Assembly (NCBI GenBank): GCA_051656605.1
Contig: JBOGCF010000008.1
Span: 6,152-70,151, forward strand
Source: Tannerellaceae bacterium
Lineage (GTDB): Bacteria; Bacteroidota; Bacteroidia; Bacteroidales; CAMTPD01
Length of the DNA: 64,000 nt
Reading direction: 5' to 3'
Under the pieces are notes generated by a model, which saw only the letters and a program-made list of their open reading frames with translations, was not told the DNA's origin and did not search any database. The position numbers and the translations under genes were made by a program. Below, piece after piece: positions 36,914-46,367 of the stretch. Position 1 is the first letter of the stretch, and every line of letters begins with the position of its first letter.

Positions 36914-39685
36914 TTAATGTGCCTCCAACCAATTAGCTCCCGCACCACATTCGGCAAGAAGAGGAACTTGCATTTCGTAAGCGTGTTGCATTTCATCGAT
37001 TACAATTTGCTTTACATGCTCGAACTCTTCTTTATAAACGTTGAAGTTAAGTTCGTCATGTACTTGCAGAATCATCTTCGATTTAAATCCTTCATCATTG
37101 AGACGGTTAAATATTTTTACCATCGCTACTTTGATGATATCGGCAGCACTACCTTGGATAGGAGCATTGATTGCATTTCGTTCGGCATATCCACGCACCA
37201 CTCCGTTGTTGGATTTGATGTCGGCCAAATAGCGTTTGCGTTTAAATACCGTTTCGACATACCCTTTTTCGCGAGCTTCTTCGATGCATTTGTCCATGTA
37301 GGTTTTCACGCCCGGATAGGTTGCAAAGTAACCGTCTATTAGTTCTTTCGCTTCAGCTCTTGGGATACTCAAGCGTTCGGCAAGACCAAATACGGAGATA
37401 CCATAAATGATACCGAAGTTGGCCGTTTTAGCTTTTCGGCGCATGTCTTTGGTAACGTCGTTGATATCTACTTTGTAGATTTTCGCTGCCGTAGCAGAGT
37501 GAATGTCATAACCCGAATTGAAGGCGTCGATCATATTGGTATCGCCACTCAGGTGTGCCATGATACGCAACTCCACTTGCGAATAGTCGGCCGAGAAGAA
37601 GATCGAGTCCTCATTGTCGGCAACAAATGCACGGCGTATTTCTTTGCCTTGTTCGTCTCGAATTGGAATATTTTGCAAGTTCGGATTGCTCGAACTCAAT
37701 CGTCCTGTTGCGGTAACCGTTTGATTGAAAGATGTGTGAATCTTACCTGAGGAAGGATCGATCAGTTGTGGAAGTGCGTCGATGTATGTACTTAGCAACT
37801 TCTTCAATCCGCGATACTCAAGCAGTTTTCCAACGATCTCGTGTTTCGAACGCAAGCTTTCCAATACATCTTCACTGGTAGAGTATTGACCGGTTTTGGT
37901 TTTCTTAGCTTTCTCAACGATCTTCATCTTTTCGAAAAGGACTTCGCCTACTTGCTTTGCAGAGTTGATATTAAACTCGCATCCGGCCATTTCATAGATC
38001 TCTTTTTCGATGCTCGAAAGAGTTGCGGTAAGTGTTTCGGAAGATTGCTTCAAGGTCGCTTTGTCTACTTTCACACCCGTCACTTCCATGTCGGCAAGAA
38101 CCGATACAAGTGGCATCTCGATGGTGTAGAACAAATCTTCAAGTTGCTCTTTCTTCAGTTCCTCTACAAATATAGCGTGCAACTGCAACGTGATGTCGGC
38201 ATCTTCACACGCATATTCGTACACTTTCGAAACAGGAACATCGCGCATAGTTAATTGCTTCTTTCCTTTTGCTCCGATGAGTGCATCGATGTGAATGGTT
38301 TTGTAGTTAAGATACGTTTCGGCCAAGTAGTCCATATTGTGTCTCAACTCCGGGTTGATCAAATAATGGGCAATCATGGTGTCGAATAGTTTGCCCGACA
38401 CGTTGACATTGTACTTACGAAGTACAACCATATCGAACTTGATATTTTGTCCTATCTTCTCGATCGTTTTATCTTCGAGTGCATCTTTGAAGATGGCCAC
38501 CATTTTGTTTGCTTTTTCTGGGTCTGCATCGATGCTTACATAATAAGCAGTGTGTGGCTCCATTGCAAACGACATTCCTACCAGATTGGCTGCGATCGGA
38601 TCAATGTTGTCTGTTTCTGTGTCAAAACAGAAATATTTTGCCTTCTTTAATTGGGCTGCTAAATCGAGTGCATCCTTTTCATTTTCAATCAAATAGTAGT
38701 TGTGTTGCACGTCGCTCAACTCTCTGAGATTTGAATATTTATTTTCTTCCGTATCATTGGCCTCAAATATCGCAAAGAGATCACCTTGAACGGGTGCCGA
38801 ATTTGCAGGAGTAGGAGAGGTCGTTGTCTCTAGTTTCGCAAGGAAGTTACGAAACTCAAGATCTGTATATATTTCCTTTAGTTTGTTAACGTCTGGTTTT
38901 TCTCTTAAATACTCTTTCTCGCAAAACTCGATAGGCACATCGGTCTTGATAGTAGCAAGAAATCGTGAGAATAAGATCTGCTCTTTGTTCTCGACTACCT
39001 TCTTTTGCAACGCACCTTTTAGTTGGTCGGTGTTTTCGAGTAGGTTCTCGATAGAACCGAATTGATCCAATAGTTTTTGCGCAGTCTTTTCTCCTACACC
39101 CGGACAACCCGGAATGTTATCGGAAGCGTCGCCCATCAGACCCAGTAGGTCGATTACTTGTTCGGTGCTTTGAAGATTAAACTTGGCAAGAACTTCTTTT
39201 ATTCCCATTATTTCGAAATCATTTCCGCCAAATTTTGGTTTATACATAAATACGTGTTCGCTAACCAACTGGCCGTAGTCTTTATCAGGGGTCATCATGT
39301 ACACATCATATCCCTTCTTTTCGGCTTGCTTGGCAATGGTTCCGATTACATCGTCGGCTTCGAATCCCGAAACTTCGATGATAGGAATGTTGTATGCTTT
39401 GATAATTTCTTTGATATACGGAACGGCCAACTTGATTCCTTCGGGAGTTGCCTCTCGTTGGGCTTTGTATTGCTCATACGCTTCGTGACGGAAAGTAGGA
39501 CCCGAAGGATCGAAGCCTACAGCAATGTGTGTAGGGTTTTCTCTTTTCAGAACATCTTCGAGTGTATTGATAAATCCGAATATTGCGGATGTATTTAACC
39601 CTTTTGAATTGATTCGAGGATTCTTCAAAAAGGCATAATAAGAGCGATATATTAATGCATAGGCATCCAGTAGAAAGAGTTTCAT
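36914..39685 (-). CDS. polA: DNA polymerase I
   Basis: Start trimmed to MKLFLLDAYALIYRSYYAF (5'-nuclease domain). It has a 3'-5' exo-like domain and polymerase motifs (DYSQVELR, QVHDEL). Confidence 0.95.
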   Translation of the reverse strand: MKLFLLDAYALIYRSYYAFLKNPRINSKGLNTSAIFGFINTLEDVLKRENPTHIAVGFDPSGPTFRHEAYEQYKAQREATPEGIKLAVPYIKEIIKAYNIPIIEVSGFEADDVIGTIAKQAEKKGYDVYMMTPDKDYGQLVSEHVFMYKPKFGGNDFEIMGIKEVLAKFNLQSTEQVIDLLGLMGDASDNIPGCPGVGEKTAQKLLDQFGSIENLLENTDQLKGALQKKVVENKEQILFSRFLATIKTDVPIEFCEKEYLREKPDVNKLKEIYTDLEFRNFLAKLETTTSPTPANSAPVQGDLFAIFEANDTEENKYSNLRELSDVQHNYYLIENEKDALDLAAQLKKAKYFCFDTETDNIDPIAANLVGMSFAMEPHTAYYVSIDADPEKANKMVAIFKDALEDKTIEKIGQNIKFDMVVLRKYNVNVSGKLFDTMIAHYLINPELRHNMDYLAETYLNYKTIHIDALIGAKGKKQLTMRDVPVSKVYEYACEDADITLQLHAIFVEELKKEQLEDLFYTIEMPLVSVLADMEVTGVKVDKATLKQSSETLTATLSSIEKEIYEMAGCEFNINSAKQVGEVLFEKMKIVEKAKKTKTGQYSTSEDVLESLRSKHEIVGKLLEYRGLKKLLSTYIDALPQLIDPSSGKIHTSFNQTVTATGRLSSSNPNLQNIPIRDEQGKEIRRAFVADNEDSIFFSADYSQVELRIMAHLSGDTNMIDAFNSGYDIHSATAAKIYKVDINDVTKDMRRKAKTANFGIIYGISVFGLAERLSIPRAEAKELIDGYFATYPGVKTYMDKCIEEAREKGYVETVFKRKRYLADIKSNNGVVRGYAERNAINAPIQGSAADIIKVAMVKIFNRLNDEGFKSKMILQVHDELNFNVYKEEFEHVKQIVIDEMQHAYEMQVPLLAECGAGANWLEAH

Positions 39686-39755
39686 AGTTGGAGCTTTTAG
39701 TAAGTATTTATACACGTAAAAGTACAAAAAAATGCTGTAAATCTGATTTAATCAT

Positions 39756-39763
39756 TACATTTG
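39756..39763 (+). promoter_or_regulatory. -7 box TACATTTG for the polyprenyl synthase gene
   Basis: Matches TAnnTTTG, only 9 nt before the preferred ATG at 39772, so the leader would be very short. Confidence 0.4.
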
Positions 39764-39771
39764 CAATTCTT

Positions 39772-40755
39772 ATGAATAGTATGGATCTTAAGACAAAGAT
39801 AGAACAAGCGGTTGCCCCTGAATTGGAGCTTTTCAACAACGAATACATGGATTCGTTGAAAAGTAGTACCCGCCGTTTACAGGCTGCAATCGATCATCTC
39901 TTTTATTCATCAGGCAAGCACATACGACCTCTTCTCGTATTGCTGGTGGCCAAGAGTTGCGGTAAAATCACAGATACAACAATCACTTCTGCTGTTTTGC
40001 TCGAGTTGTTGCACACATCAACTTTGATTCACGATGACGTTATCGATGAAACAAAGGAGAGGAGAGGTGTACCTTCTTTGAACGCAATATTTGATAATCG
40101 AGTAGCCGTACTTACGGGCGACTATGTATTATCAACTGCTCTTATTAAGGCTATCGGCACGCGTAACTTAAGTATCATAGCATTGGTATCGGGGCTTGGA
40201 CGTGATCTTGCCGAGGGAGAAATAAAGCAATATGAAACGGCCGAAGAATTAATTCTAGATGAAGAAACCTACCTGCAAGTAATCTTTAAAAAGACGGCAA
40301 CTTTGCTTTCTGCTTGTGCTCAATGTGGTGCAATATCGGCAGAAGCTTCGAGCGAAACGATCGATTTGTTTCGTCAGTTTGGAGAGAATCTTGGTTTAGC
40401 ATTTCAGATAAAAGACGACATCTTCGACTACTTCGAATCGATGAACATTGGTAAGCCAACCGGAAACGATATACGGGAAGGGAAGGTTACGATGCCTTTG
40501 CTTTTTGCTTTGCAAAACGGGTGCGATAAGAAACGAGAATCGATGAAATCAATTATCTTCAATCGAGAGTTTTCGAAAGAAAACATAGCCGCCTTGATTC
40601 AGTTTGCAAAAGACAGCGGTGGTATCGAATATGCCGAAAAACGAATGGACGAGTATTATCAAAAAGCAATTGCTTGTCTTGAGTCACTTCCTCAATCGGA
40701 TGCCAAAGATTCCTTGCTATTATTAGCTCAGTATATTATTAAACGCAACAAATGA
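39772..40755 (+). CDS. Polyprenyl diphosphate synthase (long-chain, IspB-like)
   Basis: Start trimmed to MNSMDLK, because the longer track ORF would overlap polA. It has the two aspartate-rich motifs LIHDDVIDE and KDDIFD. Confidence 0.88.
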   Translation: MNSMDLKTKIEQAVAPELELFNNEYMDSLKSSTRRLQAAIDHLFYSSGKHIRPLLVLLVAKSCGKITDTTITSAVLLELLHTSTLIHDDVIDETKERRGVPSLNAIFDNRVAVLTGDYVLSTALIKAIGTRNLSIIALVSGLGRDLAEGEIKQYETAEELILDEETYLQVIFKKTATLLSACAQCGAISAEASSETIDLFRQFGENLGLAFQIKDDIFDYFESMNIGKPTGNDIREGKVTMPLLFALQNGCDKKRESMKSIIFNREFSKENIAALIQFAKDSGGIEYAEKRMDEYYQKAIACLESLPQSDAKDSLLLLAQYIIKRNK

Positions 40756-40760
40756 TATAG

Positions 40761-40810
40761 AAAAAGCGCGATCAAAGTAAATAGATACTTTCGATCGCGC
40801 TTCTTTTATC
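40761..40810. terminator. Bidirectional terminator between convergent genes
   Basis: aagcgcgatc (40764-40773) pairs with gatcgcgctt (40793-40802), with an A-run before and a T-rich run after. Confidence 0.7.
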
Positions 40811-40826
40811 CGATAAAATGGGAAGA

Positions 40827-41690
40827 TTATTCTCCGATCTTCTCAAGAATATTGTTGACAAGTGAGCTTGCTCCGATACGGAACAGGTCGCTATGCAACC
40901 ACTCTTCGCCCAATACTTCTTTTACGATGGTGTAATATTTCACGGCATCTTCGGCAGTAGAAACACCACCCGATACCTTGATACCTTTCTTGATTTTGTT
41001 TAGTTCGCTGTATTCTTTTAGCACTTTACACATGGTATATACTGCTTCGAAAGATGCACCCGGATATCCTTTGCCCGTAGATGTTTTGATAAAGTCTGCA
41101 CCCGAATACAATGCAATCACACTTGCTTTGCGAATGTTGTCCGGAGTGGTTAGCGCACCTGTTTCAAGGATTACTTTCAACTTCGCTTCACGACACGTAT
41201 ACTTGATTTCTTCAATCTCTTCGTTTAGTTCTTCGTAGTTCTCTTCGAAGAAAAGGCCAAGGTTAAGAACAATATCAATCTCATCGGCACCGTCCGTGAT
41301 GGCAAGCGCTGTCTCTGCCACTTTAATCTCAGGGAAAGTTTGCGAAGAAGGAAAACCACCCGTTACACATGCAATCTTTACATCGTTTGCAGTAAGTGCC
41401 TGCTTCACCGTTTCGGCAAAATTAGGGTAGGTACAGATTGCTGCTACACTTGGAAGATCGGGACGATCGCCTTCAAGGTCGTTGACGCGTTGTACCAATT
41501 TATAGATAGAGTCTTTCGTATCAATGCTTGTAAGCGAAGTAAGATCGATGAATCCGAAGATATTTTTCAAGACCTCTTTGTTGAAGTTTTCGGTAAACTT
41601 CTCGCTCAGGATCTTATCTACATTCGCTTTGATTTGCTCGGCTGTTTCTACCGATGGATGCTTTTGAAAAGCTTCATGATATTTGCTCAT
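40827..41690 (-). CDS. deoC: Deoxyribose-phosphate aldolase (long form)
   Basis: 287 aa, class I aldolase, with KVILETG and the Schiff-base Lys in FIKTSTGK. Confidence 0.85.
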   Translation of the reverse strand: MSKYHEAFQKHPSVETAEQIKANVDKILSEKFTENFNKEVLKNIFGFIDLTSLTSIDTKDSIYKLVQRVNDLEGDRPDLPSVAAICTYPNFAETVKQALTANDVKIACVTGGFPSSQTFPEIKVAETALAITDGADEIDIVLNLGLFFEENYEELNEEIEEIKYTCREAKLKVILETGALTTPDNIRKASVIALYSGADFIKTSTGKGYPGASFEAVYTMCKVLKEYSELNKIKKGIKVSGGVSTAEDAVKYYTIVKEVLGEEWLHSDLFRIGASSLVNNILEKIGE

Positions 41691-41695
41691 ACTCT

Positions 41696-42028
41696 TTAAA
41701 GTTTATCGTTGTTTATATGTCTGTCTTTATCGCGCGACGTTTTCTTTTCGATGTTTTTGCGAAATGCTTCGGTAAGATCGATGCCCGTTTGATTGGCCAT
41801 ACACATCAATACCCATAAGATATCTGCCATTTCATCGCCAAGATCTTTATTCTTGTCGCTCTCTTTAAACGATTGTTCCCCATACTTGCGCGATACAAGT
41901 CGTGCCAATTCGCCCACTTCTTCGGTAAGAATGGCCATATTGGTAAGTTCGTTGAAGTATCTTACCCCATAGGTTTTGATCCAATGGTCGACTTGTTCTT
42001 GCGCTTCTTTGATTGTGATATGGCTCAT
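41696..42028 (-). CDS. MazG-like nucleotide pyrophosphohydrolase
   Basis: 110 aa with the EExGE...E..D motif (LTEEVGELARL...LGDEMADILW). Confidence 0.85.
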   Translation of the reverse strand: MSHITIKEAQEQVDHWIKTYGVRYFNELTNMAILTEEVGELARLVSRKYGEQSFKESDKNKDLGDEMADILWVLMCMANQTGIDLTEAFRKNIEKKTSRDKDRHINNDKL

Positions 42029-42480
42029 TACTCTTTGTTTTTTGTGTCGATAATGATCGTAACCGGACCGTCGTTGATTAGGGCCACTTTCATGTCGGCT
42101 CCAAACTGTCCGGTCTTCACTGCTTTCCCGATTGTTTCGCCCATCTGCTTGCAGAATGATTCATAAAGAGGGGTCGCCGTTTCGGGGCGAGCTGCTTTGA
42201 AATACGATGGTCGATTTCCTTTTTTAGTAGAAGCATGCAACGTAAATTGGCTTACGATAAGAATATCTCCGTCGATATCGAGCGTTGATTTATTCATCAC
42301 TCCGTTTTCATCGTCAAAGATGCGAAGATTTGAAATCTTCTTTACCAACCAATCGATATCTTCTTCGGTGTCGGCTTCTTCAATACCTACCAGAATCATC
42401 ATTCCTTTATCGATAGATGAGTACAATTGTTGATCAATTGTAACGGATGCTTCGGTTACGCGCTGTATAACGGTTCTCAT
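42028..42480 (-). CDS. dtd: D-aminoacyl-tRNA deacylase
   Basis: 150 aa: MRTVIQRV..., SQFTL, and NDGPVT near the C-terminus. It overlaps the next gene by 1 nt. Confidence 0.93.
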   Translation of the reverse strand: MRTVIQRVTEASVTIDQQLYSSIDKGMMILVGIEEADTEEDIDWLVKKISNLRIFDDENGVMNKSTLDIDGDILIVSQFTLHASTKKGNRPSYFKAARPETATPLYESFCKQMGETIGKAVKTGQFGADMKVALINDGPVTIIIDTKNKE

Positions 42481-42589
42481 TTTTTAGTTCGTTTTGTAGC
42501 GCTGATTGCTTCTTGTTATGAAACAACCTGCGCGAGAAATAGATTTATTTTTTAGGAAGTGTTTTCTTTTTTGTCGCACCTAGAAAGGT

Positions 42590-42707
42590 GTTTTCAGTCA
42601 CGCATGGTGCGTGATTTCACTGACGCAGCGTGACTGTTTTTGTTCACGCTGCGTGAATGAATTCACTGACGGAGCGTGCGCAAATTTACTCACGCTCCGT
42701 CAGTGAA
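42590..42707. repeat. Two and a half tandem 46-bp units made of nested palindromes (REP-like cluster)
   Basis: TCAC(G/T) cores occur at 42598, 42617, 42644, 42663 and 42690 (spacings 19, 27, 19, 27). Palindromes are tcacgca-tgg-tgcgtga (42598-42614) and ttcacgc-t-gcgtgaa (42643-42657). A perfect 17-bp inverted repeat ttcactgacggagcgtg (42662-42678) pairs with cacgctccgtcagtgaa (42691-42707). Confidence 0.85.
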
Positions 42708-42761
42708 GGGGATTACTACAGTTCCTTCAAGACAAAGTTAGATATAATTATCCGTAGATGC

Positions 42762-44597
42762 TCAGGATTCTTTTTGTTCCGTTGCCGAAAGGGTAGCGAC
42801 ACCTAATCCGTCGAACAACACTTTTGCCTTTACCGGGCCAAGTAAAGTAACAATCTCTTCAAAAGGCGCAGCCTTAAGTCGCTTGATGCTTTTGTATTTG
42901 TTGAGCAGAAGCGTCTTCGTTTTATCACCGATTCCTTTAATGCTATCGAGCTCCGAAGTAGTTTGTCCTTTGCTTCGTTTCTGACGGTGAAAGGTGATAC
43001 CAAAGCGGTGGGCTTCGTCTCTGAGTTGCTGAATCAACTTCAAACTTTCCGAGTTCTTGTCAAGATACAAAGGGATCGGATCATCCGGGAAAAAGATCTC
43101 TTCGAGTCGTTTTGCTATACCGATGATTGGGATACGGCCTTCGAGATTCAACGATTTCAACGCATCTACCGCTGCATGCAATTGTCCCTTTCCACCGTCG
43201 ATAACGATGAGGTTGGGTAGGGGCTGTTGCTCTTCGACGAGTCTGCTGTAACGACGATATACGATCTCGTTCATCGATGAAAAGTCATCCGGCCCAATCA
43301 CTGTTTTGATATTGAAGTGGCGATAATCCTTCTTCGATGGTTTGGCCTTTTTGAATACAACACAAGCAGCCACCGGATTCGTTCCTTGAATATTCGAGTT
43401 ATCGAAACACTCGATATGCATTGGCAAGTCGTGTAGTTGAAGATCCTTTTGCAGGGTTGAAAGGATGCGAACCATCCGTTGCTCGGGATTCAATTTCTCG
43501 GCACGCTTGAGCTGGTCGAGTTTGTATTGCTTCACGTTCTTCTCCGATAAGTCGAGCAGTTTCTTCTTTTCTCCCTTCTGAGGAACGATGAATTTGGTCG
43601 TTTCCGAGATCTCGATGTCGGGCATAAACGGAACGATGATTTCGCGTGCCAGACTTTTAAATCGGGTACGCATCTCTACGATACCCAGGCCGAGAAGTTC
43701 TTCTTTCGGTTCGTCGAGTTTGCGTTTATACTCGAAAGTGTAGGCTTGCGTAATGGATCCGTTGCGCACGTGCAGGTAGTTGATGTAGGCAGAGTCGCCT
43801 TCTTCCGCATACGAGAAAACATCGAGGTTGTTGAGCGACGGTGAAACCACTTCCGAACGGGAGCGATAGTTTTCGACAAGTTCGAACTTCTCCTTTATCT
43901 TTTGCGCTTCTTCAAATTTGAGTTCGCCCGCTAATGCTTGCATCTCTTCGAAGAGAATGTTGCTCACTTGCGAGATGTTTCCTTTTAAGATCTCCTTTAC
44001 GGCCGCGATGTTTTTGTTGTATTCATCGAGCGATTGCAAACCTTCGCACGGACCTTTGCAGCGTTTGATGTGGTATTGAAGGCATACTTTGTATTTTCCT
44101 TGCGCGATGGATTCGGGGGTTAACGGCAATTTGCACGTTCTGATCGGGTAGAGGTCTTTGATCATTTCGAGCATAATTCGAACTAAGGGTAGCGAACTAT
44201 ACGGGCCAAAGTAAACCGATCCGTCTTTCACGATCTTGCGTGTCTGAAATACGCGCGGGAAGTATTCGTTCTTGATGACGATGGAAGGGTAAGTTTTGTC
44301 GTCTTTCAACAATACATTGTAGCGTGGTTTGTATTGTTTGATCAAACTGTTTTCGAGCAAAAGAGCATCCTCCTCGCTGTTGACCACGATGTATTTAATA
44401 TCCCGTATCCTCCTTACGAGGAAACGGGTTTTGGTTGAATCGTGATTCTTATTAAAGTATGAAGAAACCCTTTTCTTTAGATTCTTTGCCTTTCCGACGT
44501 AAAGGATTACTCCCTTTTCATCGAAGTATTGATAGCATCCCGGTTTGTCGGGAAGAACCGAAAGAATGGATTGTATATGTTGTTCTACTTCATTCAT
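42762..44597 (-). CDS. uvrC: Excinuclease ABC subunit C
   Basis: 611 aa with a GIY-YIG N-terminus (GCYQYFDEKGVILYVGKAKNLKKR), a UvrBC domain, an endonuclease V-like domain and a C-terminal HhH. Confidence 0.95.
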   Translation of the reverse strand: MNEVEQHIQSILSVLPDKPGCYQYFDEKGVILYVGKAKNLKKRVSSYFNKNHDSTKTRFLVRRIRDIKYIVVNSEEDALLLENSLIKQYKPRYNVLLKDDKTYPSIVIKNEYFPRVFQTRKIVKDGSVYFGPYSSLPLVRIMLEMIKDLYPIRTCKLPLTPESIAQGKYKVCLQYHIKRCKGPCEGLQSLDEYNKNIAAVKEILKGNISQVSNILFEEMQALAGELKFEEAQKIKEKFELVENYRSRSEVVSPSLNNLDVFSYAEEGDSAYINYLHVRNGSITQAYTFEYKRKLDEPKEELLGLGIVEMRTRFKSLAREIIVPFMPDIEISETTKFIVPQKGEKKKLLDLSEKNVKQYKLDQLKRAEKLNPEQRMVRILSTLQKDLQLHDLPMHIECFDNSNIQGTNPVAACVVFKKAKPSKKDYRHFNIKTVIGPDDFSSMNEIVYRRYSRLVEEQQPLPNLIVIDGGKGQLHAAVDALKSLNLEGRIPIIGIAKRLEEIFFPDDPIPLYLDKNSESLKLIQQLRDEAHRFGITFHRQKRSKGQTTSELDSIKGIGDKTKTLLLNKYKSIKRLKAAPFEEIVTLLGPVKAKVLFDGLGVATLSATEQKES

Positions 44598-46231
44598 GAT
44601 TCGAATAGTGATGTAAACTCAAACTTGGTTACGTCAAACAGTCCTTTGTCGCCGATCTTTATTTTCGGGATTACGAGCAAACTCATAAACGATAACGTCA
44701 TCTGAGGTGCGTGTAATGTAGAACCGATGGCTTTTATTTTTTGGTTGCATGCTTCGTATAGTGAGTCGATTTCATCGATCTCTTTGCTGCTGATGATGCC
44801 TCCGATTTCGAGCGGAAGAAGCGTTGTTTCGCCTCCGTCGATTACAGAAATACCACCTTTGCTTTCGATGATTGCGTTGATTGCTTTGCAGATTTCATGA
44901 TCGGAGCAACCCACGGCAATGATGTTGTGACTGTCGTGCGCGATGCTTACGGCACATGCTCCACGTTTTAGTCCTACGCCTTTGATGAAACCAATGGCAG
45001 GTTTGCTTTGCACGTATCTGTTAACAACAACGATCTTCAAGATGTCTTCTTCAACATTCGAAACAACGTTATCGTTTACCACGGTTGCATCGTGTATTTC
45101 ACACTCGGTAATCAAGTCGCCATCGAAACAACGGATTACTTTGATGCGATTCGTTTCCGGATAAACCGCCAAATCCTTTTCGTCGATCTTCTCAATATTG
45201 AAGTTATTGATCACCTTCGATACAGGTGCTATGATCTTAGACTCTTTTCCATCAAAGACACATTCGCCCTTCACATAAGTTGAAAGGACATGCAGATCTT
45301 TCAAATTGTCTACCACGATGAAGTCGGCATTGTCTCCTTGTTGTAGCAAGCCGGCTTTCATATTATAGTGCTTGATGGCATTGTAAGAGGCAGCACGAAG
45401 TACGTCGAAAACGTTGTATCCTTTGTCAAGTGCTCGCTTTACCAGCAGATTGATGTGGCCCTCTTTTAGGTTGGCCGGGTGAAGGTCGTCGCTACAAAGC
45501 ATCGTCATATCGGCGTGATCTTTGAAGAGCGGGTGCAAGGCTTCGAAGTTCTTCGCAGCACTACCTTCACGGATCTGAATCTTCATCCCAAGATCGCACT
45601 TTTCGATAGCCTCTTCGAGCGTTGCGCATTCATGGTCGGTTGTAATACCGCAAGCGATGTACTTCTTCAAAAGTTCTCCGTCGATACCCGGAATGTGTCC
45701 GTCGATCGGTTTGTTATTTGCCTTTGCCGCGTTTAGTTTCGCATGCATATCGGCATCGTTATATACTACCGCCGGGAAGTTCATTACCTCTGCAAGGAAG
45801 TGAATATCGTCTCGCTGCATCAACTTCTCGATGTCGCCAGCTTCTAGTTTTGCACCTGCAGTTTCGAATGGAGTAGCAGGAACACACGATGGCGCGCCGA
45901 AGCAAAAGTAGAACGGAATGCCTTCTGCATTTTCGATCATGTAGTCGATTCCTTCGATGCCCATAACGTTTGCAATCTCGTGCGGATCGGTTACCACACC
46001 AATTGTTCCGTGCTTCACGGCAGCCTTCGCAAAGTTGGAAGGAGTTGTCATGGAGCTCTCGATATGCACATGTCCGTCAACAAATCCAGGCATCAAAAAG
46101 CGCCCTTCATCTTTACCCGTGCGCTCAATGTTTGTAATCTTTCCACCATCTATTGTAATGGTAGCTCCATATATCTCTTTTGATACGAGATCCACAATGT
46201 TCCCCGTTATCTGCTTTAATTCATTATTCAT
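44594..46231 (-). CDS. ade: Adenine deaminase
   Basis: 545 aa, amidohydrolase fold (PGFVDGHVHIESS, two-domain Ade architecture). The stop overlaps the uvrC start by 4 nt. Confidence 0.9.
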   Translation of the reverse strand: MNNELKQITGNIVDLVSKEIYGATITIDGGKITNIERTGKDEGRFLMPGFVDGHVHIESSMTTPSNFAKAAVKHGTIGVVTDPHEIANVMGIEGIDYMIENAEGIPFYFCFGAPSCVPATPFETAGAKLEAGDIEKLMQRDDIHFLAEVMNFPAVVYNDADMHAKLNAAKANNKPIDGHIPGIDGELLKKYIACGITTDHECATLEEAIEKCDLGMKIQIREGSAAKNFEALHPLFKDHADMTMLCSDDLHPANLKEGHINLLVKRALDKGYNVFDVLRAASYNAIKHYNMKAGLLQQGDNADFIVVDNLKDLHVLSTYVKGECVFDGKESKIIAPVSKVINNFNIEKIDEKDLAVYPETNRIKVIRCFDGDLITECEIHDATVVNDNVVSNVEEDILKIVVVNRYVQSKPAIGFIKGVGLKRGACAVSIAHDSHNIIAVGCSDHEICKAINAIIESKGGISVIDGGETTLLPLEIGGIISSKEIDEIDSLYEACNQKIKAIGSTLHAPQMTLSFMSLLVIPKIKIGDKGLFDVTKFEFTSLFES

Positions 46232-46271
46232 TACGCTTTCAATTTTAAGAAGTTAACACAACTTAGTTAAT

Positions 46272-46285
46272 GTTTCACGTGAAAC
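46272..46285. promoter_or_regulatory. Perfect 14-bp palindrome GTTTCACGTGAAAC upstream of ade
   Basis: Read directly from the sequence. It lies 41-54 bp upstream of the ade ATG (46231), abutting the mnmG terminator. Confidence 0.3.
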
Positions 46286-46345
46286 AAAAGACTCCTCTTT
46301 CTGATTCTGGCGTTAGGGTTGCGAGAAGTCGGAAAGAGGAGTTTT
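46283..46345 (-). terminator. Intrinsic terminator after mnmG
   Basis: aaaagactcctctttc (46286-46301) pairs with ggaaagaggagtttt (46331-46345). On the minus strand it is followed by a T-rich run. Confidence 0.7.
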
Positions 46346-46367
46346 AAAGATATCTATTTGGTGTGGA

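Noticed and set aside
39686-39771. N-terminal extensions of track ORFs: polA to 39727, polyprenyl synthase from 39688, esterase to 30389, GT11 from 59201, phosphatase to 63579, and the DUF4294-like gene from 13224.
   Set aside because: The extensions would make divergent genes overlap or would precede obvious signal peptides or canonical family N-termini. Several begin at non-ATG codons. I used internal ATGs that restore typical N-termini.
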